Part shown: positions 24,401 to 37,284 of the stretch, one piece after another | Position numbering within the stretch: position 1 is the stretch's first letter | Layout: each line of letters begins with the position of its first letter | Source: Cyanophora paradoxa CCMP329 | Taxonomy: Eukaryota > Plantae > Glaucophyta | Direction: 5' to 3' | Length of the DNA: 64,000 bases | NCBI GenBank assembly: GCA_004431415.1 | Contig: QPMI01000469.1 | Location: 124,001-188,000, forward strand | Position numbers and translations under genes: made by a program | Notes under the pieces: model-generated | Database searches by the model: none | The model's input: only the letters and a program-made list of their open reading frames with translations | Told to the model about the DNA's origin: nothing

Positions 24401-27400
24401 CTCAAGGCGGAGTTTTCGAAAGCTCGTGAGATGCTTTCGAAAAAGTATGAGGTTTTCAAGCCCTTTTATCAACAAGTATGCGTAAACGAAGAATTGTACA
24501 CGCGCGGGCTGATGCACGTGCGCAGTGGAAGAAGGAATCTGCAAAAACTTTCGAAAAAATGAAAGCTTCGGTTCATATTTTTCTGCCGGACATCTTCTTC
24601 GAATTCGCTCAGCTTCCTCTCGGACTCGGACTCTTGCAAGAGATGAAATCCCAATTACAGGGTGTATACCCGTCGTCGAGTCAGGAATTTTCGGTTTCCA
24701 AGAAGTGGTATCAGGACCACAGCCCAGTTGTAAACGACGCTCTTGAATTTTCCAGAACTATGGCTAGATTCGACGAATTAGCTGCACGAGTTCTCGAGAA
24801 CAGTACTGGTCCACAAGGTACTTTATCTTGCTTGTTTCCTTCTCTGGAGGTCTGACAGCCAATCAGATGAAAGCGAAGGAGGACCGAAAACAGAGGAGGA
24901 AGTAGACGAGGATGAGGATGAAGTTGACATTGATGAGGACTCGGATGATGGCGATCGCTGGAATGCTGCGGAAGCCGAGATGCTTCTCCACGATGCTATT
25001 CCAGGCCGAGTCATCAGGCAACCCATCGGTGCGCATTTTATCTTTTCGCATGTTTAGCACATGCCGAAATTCAGACGTTGTTTACGCAGACGTGGAAACG
25101 AACAAGAAGTTGCCAGCAGCGTTTCAATTGCGGTCGGAGTTTTTGCACGACGACGAAACCCTGACCGAGACAACCAGCAATTGCGCTTTGTGCCGACAAG
25201 AAGTTGATGGCACGAACAAAAACGGCCTCGTTCCTTGCGAGGTTCTTGGTTGCGCGCACAACGTTTGCATTAAATGCATTGACGACCTGAACGACCGCAA
25301 AAACACGTGCGGCGGATGCCACGATGAGGGCCAAGGCTTCGGAAGCAAGCAAGTCGCGTTCTACAAGAACAGACGTTCACCAGGGCCCCCTGGCTTTAAA
25401 TTCAAATGTGCGGTTTGCATCCTTTGTGCGCGCTTAACTCCGACTAAGCGTTTGTTCTTAGGCTTCTCGTGCCGTGGCCTCGGCTTCTCTGCTGGCTTTC
25501 GAGTGAGCGGAGAACTACTTCAAGGTTTTGGAAAGTGCACTCCCGGAACTTTCCAGGCTCAGCTCTCCAGTGACACACACGACGCGCGCGAGCACATCGT
25601 GGCTGTATCATACGACTCTGGCTGGTATCTCAGTTCTTGTCTCAAACCGGTGTTTATCCCATCTTTCGAGGTATATTCCCCATTCTATGTATTAGCGCCT
25701 TTTATCCAGCTGACGTTTTATCCAGTCACCTGACGTATGCAATTTCGCTTTCATGGCGACGAAATACATAATGCCAGGCGTCGCGCTCCTGTCTAGTGCG
25801 TGCACATCCTTCTTTCAAAGTTTCTCTTGAATTTCTTACTCTCTGCAGTATCGGGACAAGATTCTGCAGATTTTGCGTCTGCGAAAGATAAGATGCAGAG
25901 TTTTTACAGAACCGAGTTTGCAAGAACATCCGCGCCAGTTGCATCGGTGGACATTGACAAATTTGTGCGTCCGATTGGCCATATTCTCCGTCCCTTAACG
26001 TTGTGGCACAGCTGAAATACCACATTGTCACCTATCCGAACATCAACGTGCGCGGAGTCTCGAGTGAAGGGGCTGTTCAAGCCTTTGCAGCAATCGACAA
26101 CAAAGCAGCCTTGAAGTTGATTTATCCAGAGGGCAAGAAATCTTTGCACTGCAATCCGATTGAAGCTAAAGATTTGAAGCGTCGACTGAGACAGCTGGCG
26201 GAACTTGCTCCCCAGTTCCTTGTTGTTCACGACCGGTTGTGCGTGTTTTTTTCTAGATCTCTAGATCTCTAGATCTCTGGTTTTTACTTGAGTCACAGGA
26301 ACCCGAACACGGCCCTCTCGCCAGACGTCGCCCGGCTCAAATTCAAGTCGAATTCGGAATCCGCTCCTGTTGAGAGACTCATCACCCGCGGCCTAATCGC
26401 GTGCGTGCTTTGCGTGCGGCATTCAGGTATGTATTCAGAACAAAAAAGCAGTTCTACGCACATTATCCGTCCTGGAGAAATTCTTCGCTTCAACTGGGGT
26501 GATATCTGGGAGTTCGCTGGTCTTGCATGCGAGTTCAGAGATCGTTGTGGCCCGTGCGTCCTATTCAATTCCGTCCAATTCTGTACTGTTCAGTTTCGGA
26601 GAACCACAGATGGATGAACCGATCTATGGCTTTCGGTGAACTTGGAGTTGTGCGTGAGCCAAAGAAAGATGAAGAGGGCGGATTCGAAGACCCGCCGATG
26701 AAATCCATGTTCGAACTCTTGGAGGATCACAAAAGTGGCGGTAATCTGTCGTATTGTATGTTTTTTGCTTTTTCAATAACATTATTTTCTATCTTTTAAA
26801 CGTGACAGCTTTTTACGTCAGGGGGCTCGCGATCAACGAAGGATGTCACTATGGGGAAAGTTTGGACTCTTGCTGATGGCGTTGAGGTCATTTCACCCGT
26901 CACTAGAGAAACAGTGATTGAGTTCGCCTCGATGAATTTCGGTAAGTTCGCCTGTGCGTCGATTTCGGTTTAAATACCCTTTACATACTCTTACAGCTCA
27001 AAACTGGAATTTGGACTTTGCACCCTGCGTTGCTGTTCGAGATGAGGATACCGTCCCGCCCATTCGCGTTGCTGAACCTGTATCCAAGAAGGCCAAGCTG
27101 GACACTCGTCCGTCTATCTTTTTACCAATTTTTACCAATTTTCCGTTTGTTAACGCCTAGAATCAGAACGATCCTCAGTTGGTGCAAAGCAACGTAAGTC
27201 TTGTTGTTGTCTTGAAAGCGTTTCTCTAACACCAGACAGCTCCATCGAATAATCCCCCTGTCGCCGGACCGGGCCGTGCAGGAAAACACCGTGAGTTTTT
27301 TTGTTTTTGGAAGATGCAGCGTAATGTTGAATTCGATTCGGCAGCTACAGCTTATGACAAGTTAAAAGAGAGTGAACCACCACCGGCGGGCCGAGGCGGT

Positions 27401-27454
27401 CGGGGGCGAGGCGGTCGAGGGCGCGGCGGTCGAGGGCGAGGGAATCGGCAGTAG
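21442..27454 (+). CDS. Large multi-exon protein with an ADD-like (ATRX/DNMT3-type) PHD finger and C-terminal RGG tail
   Basis: Starts MAPKRARR (21442) and has many short introns, a helical middle and an acidic patch at ~24900. The finger reads CALC..GLVPCEVLGCAHNVCIKC...FKCFSC after removing intron 25408-25461. The last exon encodes GRGGRGRGGRGRGGRGRG with TAG at 27452-27454. Not every junction was verified. Confidence 0.65.
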
Positions 27455-27466
27455 CTGAGTCTTTGG

Positions 27467-30400
27467 TTACATGTAAAACGGATTTTTGCATCCAGGCTTG
27501 CAGTGGCAAGTACGTGGCGGAATGCGTGGGGTTGGGGCAAACTGTGAAGAACTGTGAACTGTGAAGAGGGATAGAAAACGACCAGAAAGTACCTGGTAAT
27601 GCCATGTGATCTGGTCACCTGGATAAATATCCTTGATAGCGATCATTGCATATCGTTCAAAACCGTCAACCACCCAGCACTCCACAGTCGTGTTGGGATC
27701 GCATGAGTGATTGGCCAGAGCGGGCCAGCCGCAGCTGAACATGTCGATATAAATGTAGTCTCCTGCAGATGTCCGACTCTTGGTCAACATAAGGTAGCAA
27801 CAGTTCTGGTGTTTTCGCCAGGATTCAACGTTCTTGCCAGGAACTCGTTTCCCCCAGATCTCGCCAAGAAAAGCACCAGCTCGAATGCAAAAGTCCGCCG
27901 ACTTGTATTTCGTGTAGAACCTGTCGAGACAGACGCCAACGCCGCAGCCCGGAACGTCTATGACCTCCACAGACACGGATCGAGAGAATCCCGGGTGAAT
28001 GGAGAACTGTCGGTTGGAGCATCGGCTCAAATTGGACCGGAATAGACAGCAGTTCGACGCGTTGCATTGGATGCGACATCCTGCATTCAATTGACAGCAT
28101 GTACACGAAGACTTGCACTTTCGCTTCTCTCCGCTGTCCATGGCTGCACAACAAAACCAGTTATAATATTCCGAAAACGGAGTTACAAAAGATACGCACG
28201 CAAAGAAGACGAAGCAGTTATCTTTGGGATCCCGCTTTTCCGCTTTTGTTCCATACAAAGGATAGTGGCACAGCCGTTACATTTCGCGCCGTCGCTGTAG
28301 TCGTCTCCAACCTCAAATCCTCTCGAAAGATGCTGGCCTTCCGACACCGCACAGGACATACGCGCAAAGTTTGGAATTTCGTACGCAGATGAGTTCGGAA
28401 TATTTCCAGTACTGAAAATCCGCTCGTTGGCAAGAAAGGTGTCACGATTGAAGCTGATCGAGTTTGTCAGAATCCAAGATATGAGCGACTCGAGAACGCA
28501 CAATTCCCAAAAGGTTTGTACTGTTGCTTTGATTTTGTTCTGAGTACTTGACTCCAGAAAGTCGGGTGAAGCACCAGAGTTTTGAGGCAAAACGAAAGAT
28601 CCGAGTAAATGTTGTCCTGCTGCGTTCAAAAAACGGTCGACGTCGATACGGCTTTGGAACTGGAAACGCTTTTTGGCGTTATCAACGATTTTGAAGAGAT
28701 CGCCCATCACGTCGGAATCCGGCCACAGTTGCTCAAAAAAGGACGCGTGAAAATGATGAGTGAATGAAGCAATAAGGCCAGCCTGTAAAATGCGTAAGTA
28801 CGCTCAAAATTTCTCCATTTGCAAAAAGGATCGTACAGAGTGCGCATCGTACTGAAGTGGACAAGAAACTTTCAAGTGAAACGTTCGCTGTGATTTTCGT
28901 TTCGGTGCCGGAAGTCTCTCATAAAGGAGCTCCTGCATTTGTCGCAAGTGGGACTCAAGTCGAGGGTTGGCTTTATCGAGCGAGCTCGTGTAGAAGCACC
29001 AAACATCATTGTAGGAGTCAGTATTCTTGACGAAAAAAACGTTGCAAGGCCACCTGTCACAAAATCAAATTTTGCACGGCAAACAGGCCAGGAAAGCACG
29101 ATTCGTACCATTGCATATTGAAACAAAGAGAGTAAGCGATGCCGCGAATCCCTGTCTGGCATGCCGCTGCTGTAAGTTCTAATTCCATGGATGAGCTTGC
29201 CATTGGAGAATGTTGCAATTCTAGACTTCCGCAGAATTTCATTCCTCGTTTCTCGTAGCGCTCGCAAAGACCCCATAATACGTTCGCTTTAGCGCGCGAA
29301 AAGTCAAATTTGCGAATGTGCGTATCAGAAAGGCGTAAAGGCGTAAGATAACCGCACCTTGATCAGACTCGGATGCGCTGAACATTCGCTCGTTGCGGCT
29401 TTGCCGAAAATAGAAGGTTTTCTGCTCCTTGACCTGGCTTTCTTCTATCCGGTCATCAAGATGAACAGGTCTTGCCTTGTCGCCGTCGATGGGCGCAAAC
29501 CGTAACTCATAAATGAAAACTGTTTCAAGTTGCCCGTATCGTTCGTAGGACGCGAGAGGATCTTGGGAATGTGAAGCCCGGACAGGTTGCGCGTCGACCA
29601 ATTCAAAGTCACAAAAGCCAGCCAGATCAGCTCGATGGGTTCTCTTGGATCCCGAAAACCGTTTGTGAACCGCAATCTGCATTCCGAATTTGTACGTTTG
29701 TGAGCAAAGAAGCGTGTATATCCTCTGAAAACAATAGCAGTGTGTGAACCCTCAGCCCAGGTTTCGCGGTTTGCGCAATACGGGTTGCGATATCATCTGT
29801 AATGTGTGGAAGAAACTCCTTGTTGTTCATCCAAATATGGGTTGCACTGTAAATACGAGTCAAAACACGAATGGAGTGCGAATGGGACAAAAATCACGGA
29901 CTCTTTGTAGTCGAATTTTGCACCGTCGCCGACCTCAGGACCACACAGCACGGACATCTCACGCACAGGTGTGATGAGTCGTTCAGCAGACTCCTGGTCA
30001 ATCTTATAATGATACATGAGCAGCGACGAGACCTGCCCTCCGTGATGTCAAAATACGACCTGGATCAAGGACTGATTGTGTCAAAGAACCTGCTCTGCGA
30101 AGATGCGGTTCAACGTTGAAGCGTCGTCAGAGTACGAGTTCTTCCGATTGTCGTACGTGTTGACGATTTCAAGAGAACAGAGTTTCAGAGACGCTGCCGC
30201 ATCCAGATTGGTGGCAAGAAAATCCGCATATACCTAAAGACAAATAAGATATATGAACGCACATGCGAACAAAGGTTCACAAAAAAGTGCGCACAAGCCT
30301 GCAAACGCTCGCGTTTGCCCCGCCAACATCCACGAACACGGTGGCGTTGTGTCCTTGTGCTTCCAAGTCGATAAGACGACCACAAATGACCGAGCTTACG

Positions 30401-30700
30401 AAACCTTGATAAACCTCTCCGAATTTGACAGAAGCATTGCCAGGACCCCACAGATTTTTTACCGCAGGACGAAGCTGAGCTTCTTTTGCAAAAGCGTCCA
30501 TGATTTGTTTAGCGGTTTTGACCCGTGCGCTTGCTTGTCGTTGTTCAGACTGGTAAATGTTTTGGTTTAAAGGACTCATTAACGCCTTTATAGCAATTCC
30601 GAAGTCCTGCAATTGGGGATCAGAAAATGCAATTATCAAAATGCAATGCAACGTCAATTACCTGTTTAGCTTCATCGGTAAAAGTCGGCATGTTCTCCTG
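27467..30700 (-). CDS. DOT1-like methyltransferase / PWWP-like / AWS-SET-postSET fusion; further 5' exons probably reach ~31751
   Basis: Ten GT-AG introns (30607-30661, 30234-30294, 30033-30089, 29847-29901, 29677-29749, 29287-29357, 29054-29108, 28783-28836, 28144-28199, 27542-27592) give one open frame. DOT1 motifs: VKFGE, VFVDVGG, SLEI, GDG, IWMNNKEF, KPGLRIAVHKRF. PWWP-like: MQWWPCNV. SET: GVGV, FLGEIWG, LANHSCDPN, DIYPGDQITWHY, and post-SET CHCKPGC. Confidence 0.85.
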
Positions 30701-32082
30701 CGAGTCGAATTAGACATCAACCATTCCCCTGCAACCAGTCTGCAACCAGTCATACCCTCGCTTCGGACGTCGTTGCTGCATCCTGGTTCGCAGCCAGCGA
30801 AAATTCATGCAACCAAAGTTCCTACGCCAGAGCGAGATAAGAAGAATAGACGAGATAACCTGTCGAGATGAACAAAAAACTGTACCTGTCGCCTGGTTGG
30901 TGTTGAACGGCCTTCAACTGGTGTCTGAACCCGGGATGTCGAGGCCTATTGCGAGTGGTTTGCTGCCAGTAAGCGCCCGGACCCAATGAGACGGCTGCGC
31001 ACGTTTTCCGACCATGACGACGCGGAATCGATGGAATCCCCATTTTCACAGGTTTCAGAGGCAGACACAGAGGCTTGCACACTCATCATCTTTGATTCGC
31101 ATATATCAATCTACGATACGGTCAGAAACACCGACACGAATACAAACTGTCTATCAAATTCGGTCAACTGACCGCCTGACGGATTGGTTTTTTCTGGCTA
31201 GGATTAGCTTCGTCATCGCAGTTTCGTTTTCTGCCATTCGAACTGCATGCGCCAATAAGAAACTCGCTACATAGAGAGGCATATCGCAACTGTTGGAGAG
31301 TAGCTGCACCGCGCTCGGCTTGTTCTGCGAGAATTCAGAGAGAGCAACCATTGACATACCAAATAGAGCCACCTTGAGAGCTCAGGCTGAACAGGCTGTC
31401 AGAGGATGTTCTGCTCTTTGGCATTGATCCACAAGCGGCTGACAACGTGTAAGCGCCGTAGACACAAGGCGTTCTCGGCGGCGGCGCACCAGGCTCGGAA
31501 TCGGTCGAACTTTCACACAGAGAGGCGTAAGCAGAGATTCTCTTAAGTACCACGACTTTGCACAACGACCCAGTTGATCCGAAGTCATGACCATCAACCG
31601 TTTCGGAGACAAACGCCAGCAGATCCTCGGGCGCCGCAGTCTGCCCGCCAAACTTGCGCTTAAAGCTGTCCAGAAGTCCTCTCTTGTACATTTCCAAAAG
31701 ACCGAGCGATTGTACAACATCGCGGAAGGCGCGCTCTCGATGAATCTGCATCGGACGCAGGAACTAAGAGGCAGTTTCGCAAACCGGGCGGGTGAGCGCG
31801 GTGGATACACGTGCACGTGTATACTCACCGTGGCCGTCGACATCCGCGTCCAAGCCTTGGACGCGTCCAACCCAAACAGCGCTTTCGTAGCTCGGACGCG
31901 TCCAAGCTTTGAAAACTTGCCGAACAGCGCTTTTGTAGCTCGGAGAGATCTAGAAGGTCTTCAAACTGAAAAGTGCGATACCCCTCTAGAGAGGTCTGTC
32001 CTTAGTCTGACACTCGAGCTCCCCGCGCCGATTCTATAGCATCACTGTAGCCTGTGTCAGCCTGTTTGTAGCCTCCTTCAGC

Positions 32083-35000
32083 TTGCCAGCGACTCATGCA
32101 CGGCGCCGGCGTCTCGTGGGAAGGTGTGCTGTGCATGCTCTCGGTTGCGGTTCTCTCCATGCATATGCATCTGATCATGACATCGAAGATGCGATACAGT
32201 CTTTGGTCAGCACGTTTCCGGCCGACATGGTCAGCACGTTTCCGGCCGACGAGGACATCGAGAGAGCACGCGACCTACTCCTGGAATCGCTAAAGATCGG
32301 GGCGAGACATCCAGGATTCGCCTTCGTCCAGTACGCGTTCGGGCTAGTCCGAACTGCCATCAAGTTCGCCAGTGCTCTTGCACATAGCGCTGTTCGCCAA
32401 GCCAGACGTTGCGCAGAGCTCTTAAACAATCCCACCTAGCACCAGTTCACATTTGCTTCCTTGTTGCGGCCGCTCTGAATGAACAGTTTGGAAATGAAGC
32501 TGTCGTCCACATGCGCCAGTTCGTTGTCTTCGAATTGTTTCCTTCTCTTCTTACTTCTAAACATCGATATCTCAGATGTACATCTGTCGACTGTGAAAAG
32601 GCTCTCGATTCGCAAAAAGACTATTTGCTGAAACCGACGAAGTCAGTTCCGTCGGCACGAGAACCTGTCAACAAACTCTGGGCTTCATTTTTAAGCGAAT
32701 TGAGATGCCTGCAAGAGGATTTCGGTCGTGCTTTCAATGCTGACTGGGCTTCGGGCGCGGCATCCAAGCTTATTGATTTTGGTGCATCATGGGGATCGCA
32801 GCCTCTCGCTCAAGTAGAAAAGAAGGTATTTGCCAGTGTTTTTCTTCAAAAAAGGTTCAACCTCGATGCTTCAATCGAAGGGCACATTCGATGCTGTGAT
32901 GGCATTCGCGGAATCGTGCGATATTCATTCCATTACTTCCGATGGAGTCCTGCCTCTCACGAAGAACGCCATTTTGCATTCGAGATGGTTTGCGACATGA
33001 TTGTTTTGAATTGCTGCACGAAGTGACTCTTTTATGTGCAGCTTTGTTGAAACTTGTTGCTCGCCACGTGGACTCCGAGCTGTAGCATCGGACCAAGTAT
33101 CCATTAGAGTCGAACATACTTCTGCAGGTGATTCTTCAATGAAAAATTGTTTGAGCATTCTATGATCTTGAAAACGTCCCAAAACAGGTGTTGTAAGCGA
33201 TTGCCGAACGGAGATGTGTGGCCTAATCCAGGAGTTTTCTGGCATCCGCGTTATTCCGACAATTAATGCTGGAAGCGCGTCTGATGTAGCAGAATTAGGT
33301 GGCAGCAATCTCGCAGCAATCGTAAGTCAGTTTGGCTGTCTCTTCTTTGACTCTTTATTGGAAACGCTTGCAGATAGCACAGCATGTTCACGACGTCCCA
33401 AACGGGCACATGCAATTTGCATCTCGGAGCTGGGGAACCTCACGCGGTCTGCTTGGGGTGAACGTTACCCCCATCGCACGCAATCAGAATACGTATGTTC
33501 CGACAAGCCATCCCAACAGGTAACTTCTGATTGAATTTCAATGCTAGAAAAAACTGATAAATTCAACGCAAGAGAAACGTACTGTCGGTTTCAACTGGTT
33601 TACTGTGATCAGCACCCGTCGGATCAAAAGCTTGACGAATGCGCAACTGAGGTCGCTTCAGCATTGTCCGATTTTCGCAAGGTTTGCCTGCTCAAGAATT
33701 GATTTAATCAATCTCTTGATGTTCAGAATATTGAACGGATACAGGATATTGAACGCAGGTTGTGCGAAACGAAAAAGCGAATGGCCGAAGAGCCGACGTT
33801 CTTCATAGATCACTATTCGTTCAAGGATCTACCGACGACCGTGATTGTCCTGGAGCCTGTCAAATTTGACAAAGACCATGGAATACTCTATGCAGTTTAC
33901 GATCAACTGGTTCAGCTTTCTTTGATGGCTGCGAAACACAAATTTGTTATACTTGTCGACGAATCGCTGACTGGTCTGTTTCGATAATGATAGCAACATT
34001 TCGTACAACACTGTCTCCTGATATCTCGTGCAGGAGGTTTCCGAACCGGAACATTCTTCAGCTTCCAGCACTTCATTGACGTGGCCATTCTAAGGGGTGA
34101 TTCGATTTCATTTCACGGTATTATAACAGGAAAAGCCATTATCCCGTCGCTCTTGCTGGTGCCTGACGATATTTGAATTTTGTTTCAGGTTTACTGTTTT
34201 GACTCCCTCTGCAGATAGATTCATACGACGGTTTTGATCCGTGGCGTTATACTTTTCCCGACACCGGAATGTTTCCCTTCTATGGACGATTGCACGGTGC
34301 ACACATTTCGTATGGCAAGAGAGTTGTGAAGTCTGCGTTGAATCCGGCCTTTCCAGACTCCGTAACAGCAGCACCGTACTTTCTTCATCACTCGTTCACC
34401 AACATTTTACTCAGGACACGTGCGCGATCATTCCGAGAGATTAACGTTGCAAAGTTGTATCTCACCGTCGTCTCAGTCAGAGATGATTTCGGTTCCGTTC
34501 GCGACAAAATTCAAAATTTGTCGGCAGACCTGAACAAGGTCCTCAGCTGTGCTGTCAGCCAGATGAGCATACAAAGTACAATTTTTGATCGTGTTTCAAA
34601 TGTCGGTCAGTGCATGTGCATTCCCCCGAGCTCGTGAAAGCGCTTAAATGTTTTTCACAGGTCTTCTTTTTTCAGTTCCTACCTCAGTTGCAAACTTGCT
34701 CCCGTTCTTTGGAACGAGGCTGGACACAACCGACCGGTTTCAGCGATGGCTATTCCCTCTTGATTTCGACAGTGAGAATTTCAAGGCGCTATTGATTGAG
34801 AACGTCAATGCATTCATCGGTTCGTTTTTCTGGTCACGATTGTGTGCTCGCATTTCACGATTTTGTGTGCGCGCAGACCGCAAATTCCGAAATTCTAGGC
34901 GGATTTTCGAAGCACAACGTGTTCAGGAGCATATATCGACACTCAAACTCAAACATTCGAAACACAAAAAACCAAACGCAATAGAGATATCAGAGAGAAA

Positions 35001-35085
35001 GAAAAAGCAGGCAGACCGGGATCGGGAGAAGAAAAGGCAGAACAAGATAGAAAAAAACAGACAGTTGTTGGAGAAATCAAGCTGA
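32083..35085 (+). CDS. Protein with a class-III PLP-dependent aminotransferase fold and Lys/Arg-rich C-terminus, multi-exon
   Basis: After removing intron 33974-34033: VIVLEPV...AAKHKFVILVDESLTGGFRTGTFFSFQHF...GIITGKA, matching the class-III signature DE..TG.GRTG..F...H...DI.T.GK including the PLP lysine. RVSNVG and RWLFPLD (cf. R..PPL) follow later. The N-terminal extent is uncertain. Confidence 0.7.
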
Positions 35086-35204
35086 CTGTTTTCTTGACCC
35101 TGATCTGAAAAAATGCAAATAAAGCTTTTTTTCGGAAACAATTGCGTATCCCTTTCTTCTCTCCGCAGACTTCTCTATCGATGGTAAGTTTACGACGACA
35201 TACC

Positions 35205-36220
35205 ATGTCGTGCGGCCGTGAGCCGCTTCCTTCTGAACTTTGGAGGGAAATCTTTTAGCGGTTATCTTGTCGTTTGCGATGGCGTCTTGAACACTTCTGT
35301 CGATCCTGGCGTGCTGTAAGCCTAGAAATGGACAAGGAGCACGTGTACTTGAGGTGAATAAGATTTAGCACGTGTTGTTTCCATGTGTAATTTTGTATAT
35401 CCTAGATTGGCGCATCCGACATTCGGCGACAACGCAGTTTCAGCCACCAAGGTCTTCTTTTCAATACAGCAAGAGTTTCACTTGACGTGATCTGTAATCG
35501 ACCGTTCCAGCTCACGTCTCCCAACGATTTAAACAGACCACAACATTGTGTCTCGAAATTGTATGTTTACAACACTCCTGCAACTCCGTTCAGCTTATCC
35601 AGCCTTGGGAAAGAAATAAACTTACCAAGCGAACGCTTAACGGGTCTTCGCATCTATTGTGCAAATCCGCAGCCTGTGGAGTTGAGAGAACTATTCCGGT
35701 CTTCACCCAATCTCCAGTACATCGGAGCCCTTTGGCTTGCAAACTGGACACTTCTCGATTCTGAAATGCGAGATGTGTTCAAGCAACTTTCTGGATTGAT
35801 AACTGACATTTTGAGACTCACAAATTTCAACAACACAGCGCCAGTCGAATTGCAAGAAAGCCTTCGTTTTCCCAGACTCAAAACTTGCGTAATCGACGTC
35901 CAGTTCCAACATCTCGTCTGGATATGCGATGACCTTCTCTCCGCAACACGAGTCCCAGCTTTGCGGGAGGTTCACCGCCACGATGAACTCTCTACAAATA
36001 CACTGTGTGCGTCACTTTTGCAACTCTTGAGTTTTGTGTTTATTTTCTGACGAGGAATGCAGCTGCAATAGGCCGGGCCCTGCACTCATTGTCCGTCAGA
36101 GCTCGTTTTTTCGTTTATCCAACATCCGCAAAAAACATGCTTGCTCAGCATTTTGAAGACTCCGTTTCTGTCTTTGTCGCAGAAACCACAATTCGCTACA
36201 ATGGCTGTGATGTTTATTAG
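35205..36220 (+). pseudogene. F-box/LRR-like gene with an in-frame stop inside the F-box
   Basis: MSCGREPLPSELWREIF*RLSCRLRWRLEHFCRSWR (TAG at 35256-35258), followed by LRR-like LTGLRIY, SPNLQYI and FPRLKTC. Confidence 0.6.
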
Positions 36221-36271
36221 GAACTAATAAAGAAAAACGGAAAATCTGCATACATGTGTACAGAATTCTAA

Positions 36272-37168
36272 CTAAACTAAATGCGGAATTTCCTCTGATG
36301 GTATTCCAAAACGTCGCTTTGCGTTACGCATCAAATCCATCCGTTTGTCCAGCGCAGCCCAGATCGATCCGAAATTTCCAACTAAACGATGCGTCAAATC
36401 GCGCGATTGGTCATCAGATTCCTGACCTGGCCAAAACCCAGGTCTTATCATCGATCTAGGTGATATTCGCTTGAGAAATTGCATGTCCGGTTCGACAACG
36501 ATATTCTCTTCTCCGAAAGATGATCGAACGAAACGAAGAATTCTGATGAGGCGCTCTTTCAATGTTGCACAGGAGGGCCAAAGGTAGTATCGAAGCGAAA
36601 CGGCGTTTTTCAGGAAGGAAAACACGCCATTTGTGTCATGAAAAATGGAATCTAAGACTCTGCAAGCTGTGGTGACATCGACGGCGGAAATAGGCTCGCC
36701 ACCAATAATGCGTTGCGAAATGTCGGTCTCGAAAATTACATCATGAGTGTACAAGGCGTGAAGGACCACGTCCTGCCGGCAAAAGTTAAGAAACAACAAC
36801 AATATAAGAAGAATCCACGAACGCATGCGCACTGTGATTGCTTCTCGCGAGTCGACCACTGGATACGTCATGCTTGCGATGAGACTGACGAAAGAGACTA
36901 CAGGAACAAAGCCTTCGAACTGATGCGGTGATATGAAGACTGCCTCGAATTCCTCGGGTTCCGCGTACTGATGAAGCCGCAGGAAGCACGGAAGTGACGT
37001 GGAAGGAGGGGCAAGGGCCTGTTTTTCAGAGTCGGAGATCGGCGTGAAAGGAATCAGCCTGCGCGGCTTTGATTTCAGCGATTTCAACCGTCGGACTGCT
37101 CGGATACTATTGCTCGAGCGACTGCGCATGCTCCGACTTCTCGAACGCTCGACTGCAAAAACACTCAC
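36272..37168 (-). CDS. Hypothetical protein
   Basis: 298-aa ORF that probably includes in-frame introns. No family recognised. Confidence 0.45.
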   Translation of the reverse strand: MSVFAVERSRSRSMRSRSSNSIRAVRRLKSLKSKPRRLIPFTPISDSEKQALAPPSTSLPCFLRLHQYAEPEEFEAVFISPHQFEGFVPVVSFVSLIASMTYPVVDSREAITVRMRSWILLILLLFLNFCRQDVVLHALYTHDVIFETDISQRIIGGEPISAVDVTTACRVLDSIFHDTNGVFSFLKNAVSLRYYLWPSCATLKERLIRILRFVRSSFGEENIVVEPDMQFLKRISPRSMIRPGFWPGQESDDQSRDLTHRLVGNFGSIWAALDKRMDLMRNAKRRFGIPSEEIPHLV

Positions 37169-37284
37169 TCGTGCAATACATGGCGTTCGATGTGCGCGCG
37201 CAAACGCTCGAGAGTTGCTTTGCGCTTGAAATCCATACGCGCTACAAGCGCCACACGAGTCCGCTTATATGTGCGTACCCCCCC

